DNA of 64,000 bases from Sphingopyxis sp. (GTDB lineage: Bacteria; Pseudomonadota; Alphaproteobacteria; Sphingomonadales; Sphingomonadaceae). Below are positions 1 to 8,720 of the stretch, piece by piece (the stretch's first letter is position 1; each line of letters opens with the position of its first letter). A program made the position numbers and the translations under genes. The stretch lies in assembly GCA_030148985.1 (NCBI GenBank), contig JASBSJ010000082.1, positions 1,558-65,557 of the forward strand. Direction: 5' to 3'. Under the pieces are notes generated by a model, which was not told the DNA's origin, made no database searches, and saw only the letters and a list, made by a program, of their open reading frames with translations.

Positions 1-1
1 C

Positions 2-202
2 GATTATATGATCGGTGGCTTTTTCGACCGCTATTCGCCCGTCTGGGGCGAGGCCGAGATCGCGTGGTTCGAGCTGGTGGTCGAGGAAGACGACGTCGAC
101 ATCATGGCATGGGCGCTCGGCACCGCCGCACCGCCCGCGCATCTCGACCGGCCCGAACTGATCGCGGCGATGCGCCGGCTGGACTATATCCCGCTGCCAT
201 GA
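2..202 (+). CDS. sdhE: Succinate dehydrogenase assembly factor 2 (SdhE/Sdh5 family), 5'-truncated by the window edge
   Basis: Frame is open from base 2 (DYMIGGFFDRY...EEDDVDIMAWALG). The stop overlaps the mfd ATG (ATGA, 199-202). sdhE-mfd is the usual alphaproteobacterial order. Confidence 0.75.
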   Translation, partial: DYMIGGFFDRYSPVWGEAEIAWFELVVEEDDVDIMAWALGTAAPPAHLDRPELIAAMRRLDYIPLP

Positions 203-3200
203 CCCAAAGCGCTGCCGACATATCTGCCGCGATCGCATCGTCCGCGGCGCCGCTGACGCTGGCGCGCGCCGCTGACGGCTTCCTGCCGCTGCTGCTCGCC
301 GACTTGGCGCGCGCGAGCGACAAAAGGCTGGTCTATGTCGCGACCGACGACGCCGCGATGCAGGCGATTGCCGACGCCGCGCCCTTCTTTGCCCCCGACC
401 TTGTCGTTCATCGCTTCCCGGCGTGGGACTGCCTTCCTTACGACCGTGCGGGGCCGTCGATGCGCGTCAGCGCCGACCGGCTGGCGACGCTCTCCGCCTT
501 GCAGGCGCCGCCGAAACGCGGCGAACTGATCCTGACCACCGTCGCTGCGATCACGCAGCGCACGCTCACCCCCTTCCGCATCCGCCAGCTCGCGACGACG
601 CTGGCCCCCGGTCAGCGGATCGACCGCGACGCGCTTGCCGAGCTGCTCGTCGCCAATGGGTTCAGCCGCGTCGATACCGTCGCCGACCAGGGCGAATTTG
701 CTGTGCGCGGCGGCCTGCTCGACCTGTTTCCCGCGGGTGAGGAGACGGGGCTGCGCGTCGATTTTTTCGGCGACGAGATCGAAAGCATCCGCCGCTTCGA
801 CCCCGCCGACCAGCGCAGTCTGGGGCCCGCCAAGGCGCTGCAACTGCTCCCCGCGTCCGAAACTTTGCTCGACGAGGCGACGATCAAGCGGTTTCGCTCG
901 GCCTATCGCGAATTGTTCGGCGCGCAGGGGACCGGCGATCCGCTGTATCAGGCGGTCAGCGACGGGCGGCGGCAGGCGGGCATGGACCATTGGCTGCCGC
1001 TGTTCGAGGAGCGGATGGCGACCCTGTTCGACCATGTCGACCCTGCGACGCCGGTGCTGCGCGGCCACCGCACCGACGCGACGGCGGAGACGCGCTTTGC
1101 CGCGATCGCCGACTATCATGCGAATCGCGTCGCCGCCGAGCGCGAATCACCGGGCAGCTATCGCCCGCTCGCGCCCGAAGCGCTGTATCTGACCGAGGCC
1201 GAGTGGGGCACCGCCGCGTCGGGCCGCCCGATCCATGTCGTCACGCCTTTCGACGTCCCGCCATCGGCAACGGTCGTCGATCTCGAAACCTTTGCCGCGC
1301 GCGACTTCACGCCCGAGCGCGCCGCCGACCTCAACGTCTATCACAAGGTCGCCGACCATCTGTCGGACGAACGCCGCAAGGGGCGCCGCACGATCATCGC
1401 CAGCTATTCGGGCGGCGCGCGCGAACGCCTGTCCGGACTGCTCCGCGACCATGGCGTGACCTCGCTGGTGCAGGTCGATACGTGGCAAGAGGCGCTGGGT
1501 TCAAGTTCCGCTCGTGTCGAGCGAAGTCGAGACACCCCGCAGGAAAGCGCTACCCCGACGAGTGTCTCGACTTCGCTCGACACGAACGGGAATAAAGGTG
1601 CGGCGGGAACGAGCACGGTGGCGATGGTCGTCCTCCCCCTCGACCATGGCTTTGCGTCCGACGCGATCAGTCTCCTCACCGAGCAGGACATCCTCGGCGA
1701 ACGCCTCGTCCGGCGGCAGAAGCGCCGCAAGAGCGCCGACGCCTTCCTCGCCGAGCTGGCGACGCTCAGCGTCGGCGATTTGGTGGTCCATCTCGACCAT
1801 GGCATCGGCCGCTATGAGGGACTGACCTCAATCCCCGTCGGGAACAGCCCGCATGATTGCGTCGCGCTGACCTATGCGGGCGGCGACAAGCTTTACGTTC
1901 CGGTCGAAAATCTCGACGTCCTCTCGCGCTATGGCGGCGAGAGCGACGGCGTCGCGCTCGACAAATTGGGCGGCGAGGCATGGCAGCGGCGCAAGGCGCG
2001 GATGAAGGAGCGCATCCGCGAGATTGCGGGCGAGTTGCTCGCGACCGCGGCGCAGCGCGCGCTGCGCTCGGGCGAATTGCTCGCGGCCGATGCAGCTTAT
2101 CCGGCGTTCGCCGACCGCTTCCCCTATCAGGAAACCGACGATCAGGACCGCGCGATCGGCGACGTGCTCGCCGACATGGCGTCGGGGCGGCCGATGGACC
2201 GGCTGGTGTGCGGCGATGTCGGGTTCGGCAAGACCGAGGTCGCACTGCGCGCCGCCTTTGTTGCGGCGATGGCGGGGGTGCAGGTCGCGGTGGTGGTGCC
2301 GACGACCTTGCTCGCGCGCCAGCATTTCACCAATTTCGCCGAACGCTTTAAAGGCTTCCCGGTCAATATCGGCCGCCTGTCGCGCCTCGTCCCCGCCGGC
2401 GAGGCGCAGCGAACGCGCGACGGGCTGGCGAGCGGACAGATCGACATCGTCGTCGGCACCCATGCGGTGATCGCCAAATCGGTCGAGTTCAAAAACCTCG
2501 GCCTCGTCATCGTCGATGAAGAACAGCGTTTCGGCGTGGTCCACAAGGAGCGGCTGAAGCAGCTGAAAGCCGACGTCCACGTCCTCACCCTCACCGCGAC
2601 GCCGATCCCGCGCACCTTGCAAATGGCGATGTCTGGGCTGCGCGAACTCAGCGTCATCCAGACACCGCCGGTCGATCGCCTCGCGGTGCGCACTTATGTG
2701 GCGCCGTGGGATCCGGTCGTCCTGCGCGAAGCCTTGCTGCGCGAACATGACCGCGGCGGGCAGAGTTTCTTCGTCGTCCCGCGGATCAAGGATCTGCCCG
2801 ACATCGAGGAATTTTTGCGCAACCGCGTGCCCGAAATCAAATATGTCGTCGCGCATGGCCAGATGACCCCGACCGAGGTCGAGGACCGGATGAGCGCCTT
2901 TTACGACCGCAAATATGATGTGCTGCTGTCGACGACGATCGTCGAGTCCGGCCTCGACATTCCCAGTGCCAACACGCTGATCATCCACCGCGCCGACCGC
3001 TTCGGCCTCGCGCAGCTGTACCAGCTGCGCGGGCGCGTCGGGCGCGCGAAAACGCGCGCTTACGCCTATCTCACCACCCCCGAACATGGCGCGATCACCG
3101 ACACCGCCGAAAAACGGCTCAAGCTGCTCGGCGATCTCGACACATTGGGTGCAGGCTTCCAGCTCGCGAGCCACGACCTCGACATTCGCGGCGCGGGTAA

Positions 3201-3783
3201 TCTCGTCGGCGACGAGCAGTCGGGGCATATCCGCGAAGTCGGCTTCGAACTGTATCAGTCGATGCTGGAAGAGGCGATCCTGATGGCCAAGGCCGAAGGC
3301 GCGGGCAAGCTGCCACCGCGTGAAGCCTTGTCACCGACGATCACCGTCGACGCGCCGATCCTGATCCCCGAAGATTATGTCCCCGACCTGCCGCTGCGCA
3401 TGGCGCTCTATCGCCGCCTCAACGATGCCGAGGACCGCGCCGCGCTCGACGCCTTCGCCGCCGAGATGATCGATCGCTTCGGCCCGCTGCCGCCCGAAAC
3501 CGCGAACCTGGTGCAGCTGATGGAAATCAAGGCGAACGCCCGGATCGCGGGCATCGCCAAGCTCGACGTCGGCACCAAGGGCGCGCTCGTCAGCTTCCAC
3601 GGCGACCAGTTCGCCAACGTCCCCGGCCTGATCGCCTATGTCGAACGGCTGAAAGGCCGCGCGCGGCTGCGCCCCGACAACAAACTGTCGGTCAGCGGCG
3701 ACTGGACGAGCACCGGCGCGCGCCTGAATGGCGCTTTGCAGCTGTCAAAAGGGTTGGGGAAGCTCGCGAAACAGGCCACCTAA
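199..3783 (+). CDS. mfd: Transcription-repair coupling factor Mfd
   Basis: UvrB-like N-terminus (GEFAVRGGLLDLFP), RID (VVHLDHGIGRYEG), helicase motifs GDVGFGKTE, DEEQRFG, TATPIPRT and QLRGRVGR, and a TRCF C-terminus. Start taken at ATG 199 rather than the ORF-track start at 64. Confidence 0.97.
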   Translation: MTQSAADISAAIASSAAPLTLARAADGFLPLLLADLARASDKRLVYVATDDAAMQAIADAAPFFAPDLVVHRFPAWDCLPYDRAGPSMRVSADRLATLSALQAPPKRGELILTTVAAITQRTLTPFRIRQLATTLAPGQRIDRDALAELLVANGFSRVDTVADQGEFAVRGGLLDLFPAGEETGLRVDFFGDEIESIRRFDPADQRSLGPAKALQLLPASETLLDEATIKRFRSAYRELFGAQGTGDPLYQAVSDGRRQAGMDHWLPLFEERMATLFDHVDPATPVLRGHRTDATAETRFAAIADYHANRVAAERESPGSYRPLAPEALYLTEAEWGTAASGRPIHVVTPFDVPPSATVVDLETFAARDFTPERAADLNVYHKVADHLSDERRKGRRTIIASYSGGARERLSGLLRDHGVTSLVQVDTWQEALGSSSARVERSRDTPQESATPTSVSTSLDTNGNKGAAGTSTVAMVVLPLDHGFASDAISLLTEQDILGERLVRRQKRRKSADAFLAELATLSVGDLVVHLDHGIGRYEGLTSIPVGNSPHDCVALTYAGGDKLYVPVENLDVLSRYGGESDGVALDKLGGEAWQRRKARMKERIREIAGELLATAAQRALRSGELLAADAAYPAFADRFPYQETDDQDRAIGDVLADMASGRPMDRLVCGDVGFGKTEVALRAAFVAAMAGVQVAVVVPTTLLARQHFTNFAERFKGFPVNIGRLSRLVPAGEAQRTRDGLASGQIDIVVGTHAVIAKSVEFKNLGLVIVDEEQRFGVVHKERLKQLKADVHVLTLTATPIPRTLQMAMSGLRELSVIQTPPVDRLAVRTYVAPWDPVVLREALLREHDRGGQSFFVVPRIKDLPDIEEFLRNRVPEIKYVVAHGQMTPTEVEDRMSAFYDRKYDVLLSTTIVESGLDIPSANTLIIHRADRFGLAQLYQLRGRVGRAKTRAYAYLTTPEHGAITDTAEKRLKLLGDLDTLGAGFQLASHDLDIRGAGNLVGDEQSGHIREVGFELYQSMLEEAILMAKAEGAGKLPPREALSPTITVDAPILIPEDYVPDLPLRMALYRRLNDAEDRAALDAFAAEMIDRFGPLPPETANLVQLMEIKANARIAGIAKLDVGTKGALVSFHGDQFANVPGLIAYVERLKGRARLRPDNKLSVSGDWTSTGARLNGALQLSKGLGKLAKQAT
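1508..1589. repeat. Palindromic repeat element (family A) inserted in frame inside mfd
   Basis: Arms CCGCTCGTGTCGAGCGAAGTCGAGACAC (1508-1535) and GTGTCTCGACTTCGCTCGACACGAACGG (1562-1589) are complementary at 27/28 positions. A second copy lies at 63777-63855. Confidence 0.9.
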
Positions 3784-3787
3784 ACCA

Positions 3788-3915
3788 CGCCCTCCCCTTC
3801 AGGGGAGGGCAGCGAGACTTGGCAGCTTGCTGCCTAGTCGCAGCGGGTGGGGTCCATCGGCCTTGCGCAAGGCCGATGGACCCCACCCCAACCCCTCCCC
3901 TGAAGGGGAGGGGCG
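3788..3915. repeat. Multi-hairpin palindromic repeat element (family B) between convergent mfd and EAL genes
   Basis: Terminal hairpins GCCCTCCCCTTCAGGGGAGGGC (3789-3810) and CCCCTCCCCTGAAGGGGAGGGG (3892-3913) are inverted copies of each other. An internal perfect 44-bp palindrome lies at 3845-3888. Confidence 0.85.
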
Positions 3916-5115
3916 TTACTGGCCCATCAACCCCGGCAACTGATCCCCCGGCACCGGCCCCGATTTCAGAAACCCCTGCCACGTCGCCACCCCGATTTCG
4001 GACAGTCGCGCAAGCTGGCGTTCGTTCTCAATCCCCTCGGCGACGACGAGCAGCCCCAGCGCGCGCGCCAGATCGACGATCGCGCGCACGACGATGCGGT
4101 CGCGGTCGCTGCCGTCGATCGTCCGCGTAAAGCCGCTGTCGATCTTTAGATAATCGATCGGCAGCCGCGCGAGCAGCGACAGGCTGGAATAGCCGGTACC
4201 GAAATCGTCGATCGCGATCGCTGCGCCCAGCGCCCGAAGCTGCTTTAACTGTTCGGCCGCGCTCGCGGGGTCGCTCAGCATCGCCTGTTCGGTAAGTTCC
4301 AGCGTCAACCGGTCGGGATCGACCTTCGCATCCTTGGCCATCGCCGCGAACCGCGCGGCAAATTCGGGATCGCCCAAATCGGCGGCGGTGATGTTGAGCG
4401 AGACGCGCAGCCGGTCGAGCTGCCGCGGCCAGCGCGCCATTTCGGCAAGCGCGACGCGGTGCGCATGTTCGGTCAGCTCGCATTCGAGCCGCGCCGCGCG
4501 CGCCGCGGTGACCAGCGGGCCCGCGCCGAGCAGGCCGAGTTCGGGATGCTGCCAGCGCAGCAGCGCCTCGACCCCCGTCATTTCGCCCGTCGCGACGTCA
4601 TATTGCGGCTGGTAATGGATCACGACCTCGTTCCGCGACAACGCCGCATGGACCATCACCCCGTCGCGCGCCGACGCCGGCCGCGCGAGTTGGTCGCACG
4701 CCTGCAACAATTGTTCGGCGACCGATTCGTCGCGCACGATCAGCGCGGCGGCGATGCGGATCGACAGGCGGCCGTTCGGATCGCCGACGATCGGCTCGGC
4801 GAGCGCGACGTGCAGCGCGCGCTCCTGCGCGCGCAGCGCCCCGAGCGCCAGCGGCGTCGCGGGCACGATCAGGAAGCGCGGTCCGTCGAGCCGTTCGACG
4901 CACGAACCCGGCCCGAACTCGTCGCTGGCGAAATTTTCGAGCCTTCGGCCGATTTCGTCGAGCACCGCGTCACCCGCCGCGGTCCCCGCGCTGTTGTTGA
5001 TGCGCGCCATCTGGTCGATCTGCACCAGCAGGACTCCCGCGTCGCAGTCGTGGCGGACGTGCTGGGTTTCGATTTTCCGGGCGCAGGCGGTCAGGGATTC
5101 GGACAAGCGATTCAT
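3916..5115 (-). CDS. Degenerate GGDEF plus EAL domain protein (putative c-di-GMP phosphodiesterase)
   Basis: YQPQ, EALLRW, ELTE, IDDFGTGYSS, LKID and AEGIE motifs are present. The GGDEF site reads DGPRF. Confidence 0.88.
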   Translation of the reverse strand: MNRLSESLTACARKIETQHVRHDCDAGVLLVQIDQMARINNSAGTAAGDAVLDEIGRRLENFASDEFGPGSCVERLDGPRFLIVPATPLALGALRAQERALHVALAEPIVGDPNGRLSIRIAAALIVRDESVAEQLLQACDQLARPASARDGVMVHAALSRNEVVIHYQPQYDVATGEMTGVEALLRWQHPELGLLGAGPLVTAARAARLECELTEHAHRVALAEMARWPRQLDRLRVSLNITAADLGDPEFAARFAAMAKDAKVDPDRLTLELTEQAMLSDPASAAEQLKQLRALGAAIAIDDFGTGYSSLSLLARLPIDYLKIDSGFTRTIDGSDRDRIVVRAIVDLARALGLLVVAEGIENERQLARLSEIGVATWQGFLKSGPVPGDQLPGLMGQ

Positions 5116-5174
5116 CGGGGTTCCCTAGCAGGCTTTGCTTGCCAAACGCTTGCCTTTTGCATCACAAGGCGCGC

Positions 5175-6191
5175 GTGGCTGCCACATTTTCCCAACCCGC
5201 CGCCGCCGCGGCGCCGCTGATCGACGGTCATGGCCGCCGGATCAGCTATTTACGGCTCTCGGTGACCGACCGCTGCGACCTGCGCTGCCGCTATTGCATG
5301 GCCGAGGATATGCAGTTCCTGCCCAAATCGGCGGTGCTCAGCATCGAGGAAATGGCTGAGCTTGCCGAGCGATTCGTCGCGCGCGGCGTCCGCCGCATCC
5401 GCCTGACCGGCGGCGAGCCGCTGGTGCGGCGCGGAATCGACACGCTGGCGCAGCGGCTCGGCGCGCTGATCGGCCACGGCCTCGACGAGCTGACGCTCAC
5501 CACCAACGCGATGCGGCTCGCCGACCATGCGCCGATGCTCGCCGCGGCGGGCGTGCGGCGCATCAACGTCAGCCTCGACACGCTCGACGCCGACGCCTTC
5601 CGCCATATCACGCGCATCGGCGACCTCGCCGTTGCGCTCAATGGCATCGCCGCGGCACGGCGCGCCGGGCTGGCGGTCAAGATCAACATGGTCGCGCTCG
5701 CCGGGCTGAACGAGGACCAGCTGCTGCCGATGCTCGGCTGGTGCGCCGACAATGGCTGTGACCTCACGCTCATCGAAACCATGCCGCTCGGCGAGGTCGA
5801 GGAGGATCGCAGCGACCATTATATCCCGCTGCACCAGTTCATCGCCCCGCTGCGCGCCACGCACGCGCTTTATCCGGTGGACAAGCGCACCGGCGGCCCC
5901 GCGCGTTATTTCGCGGTCGAGGACAGCCCGGTCACCCTGGGCCTCATCACCCCGCTCAGCGACAATTTCTGCTCAACCTGCAACCGCATCCGCCTGACGG
6001 TCGAGGGACGCGTCTACATGTGCCTCGGCCAGGACGATCACGTCGATCTGCGCGCGGCACTTCGCGAGGGCGGCGACGTCGACAGGTTGATCGACCGCGC
6101 GCTCGCTGGCAAACCCCGCGCGCACGACTTTCACATCGAACGCGAATCCAGACCGGCGGTCGCGCGTCATATGAGTGCAACGGGCGGCTGA
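5175..6191 (+). CDS. moaA: GTP 3',8-cyclase MoaA
   Basis: YLRLSVTDRCDLRCRYCM radical-SAM motif, FCSTCNRIRLT second cluster, C-terminal MSATGG. The GTG start at 5175 is preferred but uncertain. Confidence 0.95.
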   Translation: MAATFSQPAAAAAPLIDGHGRRISYLRLSVTDRCDLRCRYCMAEDMQFLPKSAVLSIEEMAELAERFVARGVRRIRLTGGEPLVRRGIDTLAQRLGALIGHGLDELTLTTNAMRLADHAPMLAAAGVRRINVSLDTLDADAFRHITRIGDLAVALNGIAAARRAGLAVKINMVALAGLNEDQLLPMLGWCADNGCDLTLIETMPLGEVEEDRSDHYIPLHQFIAPLRATHALYPVDKRTGGPARYFAVEDSPVTLGLITPLSDNFCSTCNRIRLTVEGRVYMCLGQDDHVDLRAALREGGDVDRLIDRALAGKPRAHDFHIERESRPAVARHMSATGG

Positions 6192-6221
6192 CACGCCGAC
6201 CGCAAGGGGGAACCGGACCAC

Positions 6222-6992
6222 ATGTTTCGCAAGATTGCGCTTGTCGCATCGAACGCGCCCGCGGCGATGGAGGCCGAGGCCGAGTTGCGCCCGCTCTACG
6301 ACTTCGTCGACATCGGCGAGGCCGATCTGCTGATCGCGCTCGGCGGCGACGGCTTCCTGCTGCACATGCTCCACCAGCTACTCGACCAGCGCCGCAGCCT
6401 CCCCGTGTTCGGGATGAACCGCGGCACGATCGGCTTTCTGATGAACGAGTTTCGCGTCGAGGGTCTGCTGGACCGCATCGCCGCGGCGCGCCCCTATCTG
6501 ATTCACCCGCTGTCGGGCGACATCATGACGGTCAGCGGCGAGCGCCACATCCTGCCCGCGATCAACGAGATTTCGCTGCTGCGCGAGACGCGCCAGGCGG
6601 CGAAGCTGGAGGTGATGATCAACGAGCGGACGATGCTGGAGGAGCTGTCGTGCGACGGTGTGCTCGTCTCGACCCCTGCGGGATCGACTGCCTATAACCT
6701 CAGCGCCAACGGCCCGATCCTGCCGCTCGATTCGGCGATGCTGGCGCTCACCCCGATCAGCCCGTTCCGCCCACGGCGCTGGCGCGGCGCGCTCGTCCCC
6801 GAATCGACGAGCATCCGCTTCAACGTCCGCGAGGCCGCCAAACGCCCGGTCAGCGCGGTCGCCGACCAGCGCGAGATCCGCGACGTAAAGACCGTCCTCG
6901 TCACCACCGACCGCAGCCGGCCGCTGACCTTGCTGTTCGATCCCGACCAGGGATTGGACGAACGCATCGCGATGGAACAATTTATCGTCTGA
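6222..6992 (+). CDS. nadK: NAD kinase
   Basis: LGGDG, GTIGFL, NE and DGVLVSTPAGSTAYNLSANGP motifs. Confidence 0.95.
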   Translation: MFRKIALVASNAPAAMEAEAELRPLYDFVDIGEADLLIALGGDGFLLHMLHQLLDQRRSLPVFGMNRGTIGFLMNEFRVEGLLDRIAAARPYLIHPLSGDIMTVSGERHILPAINEISLLRETRQAAKLEVMINERTMLEELSCDGVLVSTPAGSTAYNLSANGPILPLDSAMLALTPISPFRPRRWRGALVPESTSIRFNVREAAKRPVSAVADQREIRDVKTVLVTTDRSRPLTLLFDPDQGLDERIAMEQFIV

Positions 6993-7075
6993 GAGACACG
7001 AAAGACGGCAAAACCCCCTTGATAATTGTCCCGGTTGGCGGCAAAGGGGCCGCCTTGCCCGCATCGGCGGCGTGT

Positions 7076-7150
7076 TCCTCGGTAGCTCAGCGGTAGAGCA
7101 ATCGACTGTTAATCGATCGGTCGTAGGTTCGAATCCTACCCGGGGAGCCA
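7076..7150 (+). tRNA. tRNA-Asn(GTT)
   Basis: Acceptor stem TCCTCGG/CCGGGGA, anticodon arm ATCGA-CTGTTAA-TCGAT, T loop GTTCGAATC, encoded CCA. Confidence 0.97.
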
Positions 7151-7317
7151 TTTCGCTGTTTCAGCAGATTTCATTGCACTGAGGGTTTTCGAGCGGCCGG
7201 GGTCGTTCGAAAGCCAAGACGGTTCGTGCTTCGGCACGCGGGGCAACCAGGTTAAGGCTCGCTTCTCCCTGACGGGCGCCGCTCGGCGGCCACCATGCTT
7301 GTCATCTTCGGCGGGTT

Positions 7318-7345
7318 AATTTACGCTCTCTCGCGAGTGAATAAT
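7318..7345. promoter_or_regulatory. Putative TetR operator, copy 1
   Basis: CTCTCTCGCGAGTGAATA (7326-7343) matches CTCACTTGTGAGTGAATA (11360-11377) at 15/18. Confidence 0.45.
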
Positions 7346-7409
7346 GCCATCGAGAGCGCTTGCGCCCGGCGGCGGCGCGAGGGGTCCGAACGATTCAGGC
7401 GGGAATAGC

Positions 7410-8720
7410 ATGAACGACCCAAGCCGGCGCGGTTTCCTCGTTGCGGCGGGGGCGTTGCCGTTGACGGCGGCCGCCGCGCCGACAGGCGGCGCTGCCGCAG
7501 CGAACCGCGTCGCTGCCGATCTGCAAACCTATATCGGATTGGGAAACAAACAATCGGGCGGCACCGGCGACAATGCGTGCGGTCACTGGCTCGCGACCGA
7601 GCTGGAAACGGCGGGCTTCGCGGTTCGAAAGCCCGTGCTTTCGGTACCCTTTTTCGACGGCGCTCACTGCACGATTCAAGCGGGCGAAGCCCGCGCAGCA
7701 GTCTGGCCGCAGCCGATCGTCGTGCCTACGCCGGCAAGCGGTGTTTCCGGGCCGCTGGTGCGGGTCGATCGCGACGGACAGGCCAGCGCCCCGCTCGCCG
7801 GGGCGATCGCGCTGATCGACCTGCCCTATGGCCGCTGGTCGTCGGCACTGGCAAAGCCGATCCGCGGTCCGGTCGACGGCGCCATCGCCGCCGGGGCAAA
7901 GGCGGCCATCGTCATCACCAACGGCCCGACCGGCAAGATCATCGCGCTCAATGCCGACGGCCGTGCGCCGATGTTCGCCGCGCCGGTGGGACTGATCGCT
8001 CCCGTCGATGCAGGGCCGTTTCTCAAGGCCGCGATGACGCATGAGATGGCAACCGTCACGCTGACGGGCGCAGGCGGGCGCCGACCGGCATTCAATGTCG
8101 TCGGCCGCATGGATCGCGGCAAGGGCCGTTGGCTCACGGTCTCGACGCCGCGGTCGGGCTGGACCGATTGCGCGGGTGAGCGCGGCGGCGGGATCGCCGC
8201 GTGGCTCCACCTCGCGCGCAAAGCGCCTGCGCTGTTTCCCGATCACGACCTCGCTTTCCTGTGTAACAGCGGGCATGAATATGAAAATCTGGGCGCCGAA
8301 GAGGCGTTGAAGGCGGCCGCGCCCAAACCGGCCGAAACGCAATTCTGGCTCCACCTTGGCGCCAATCTCGCGGCGCGCGACTGGCACGAAGGGCTGTTCG
8401 GGCTGGCACCGATCGCCGGAACCGACTCGCAGCGCTATCTGGTCGTCAGCCCGCCGCTGCTGCCCGTCGCGCGTCGCCTGTTCGCCGGCTTCGCGGGGCT
8501 GGAAACCCCCTACCCCAGCGACCAATTGTCGGCGGGCGAGCTGACGGCGATCATCGCCGCCGGCTATCCTTCAGTGGCGGGAATTTTCGGCGTCCACCGC
8601 TTTCACCATGTCGAGGGCGACGATGCGCGCTGCGTCGATGCCGCCGCCGTGGCGGCGACCACGGCGGCATTTGACGAACTGCTGCGCGTCGGCGCTCAGG
8701 CTTCGATGTCGCGCTTGTAG
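7410..8720 (+). CDS. Tat-exported PA-domain / M28-like metallohydrolase
   Basis: SRRGFL twin-arginine signal, PA-like segment (GAIALIDL...AGAKAAIV), M28-like positions SGHE and FHHVEGD. Confidence 0.65.
   Translation: MNDPSRRGFLVAAGALPLTAAAAPTGGAAAANRVAADLQTYIGLGNKQSGGTGDNACGHWLATELETAGFAVRKPVLSVPFFDGAHCTIQAGEARAAVWPQPIVVPTPASGVSGPLVRVDRDGQASAPLAGAIALIDLPYGRWSSALAKPIRGPVDGAIAAGAKAAIVITNGPTGKIIALNADGRAPMFAAPVGLIAPVDAGPFLKAAMTHEMATVTLTGAGGRRPAFNVVGRMDRGKGRWLTVSTPRSGWTDCAGERGGGIAAWLHLARKAPALFPDHDLAFLCNSGHEYENLGAEEALKAAAPKPAETQFWLHLGANLAARDWHEGLFGLAPIAGTDSQRYLVVSPPLLPVARRLFAGFAGLETPYPSDQLSAGELTAIIAAGYPSVAGIFGVHRFHHVEGDDARCVDAAAVAATTAAFDELLRVGAQASMSRL

Noticed and set aside
64-198. ORF-track N-terminal extension of Mfd
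   Set aside because: It overlaps the sdhE-like gene in another frame and is Arg/Gly-rich nonsense. The ATGA coupling at 199 is more plausible.
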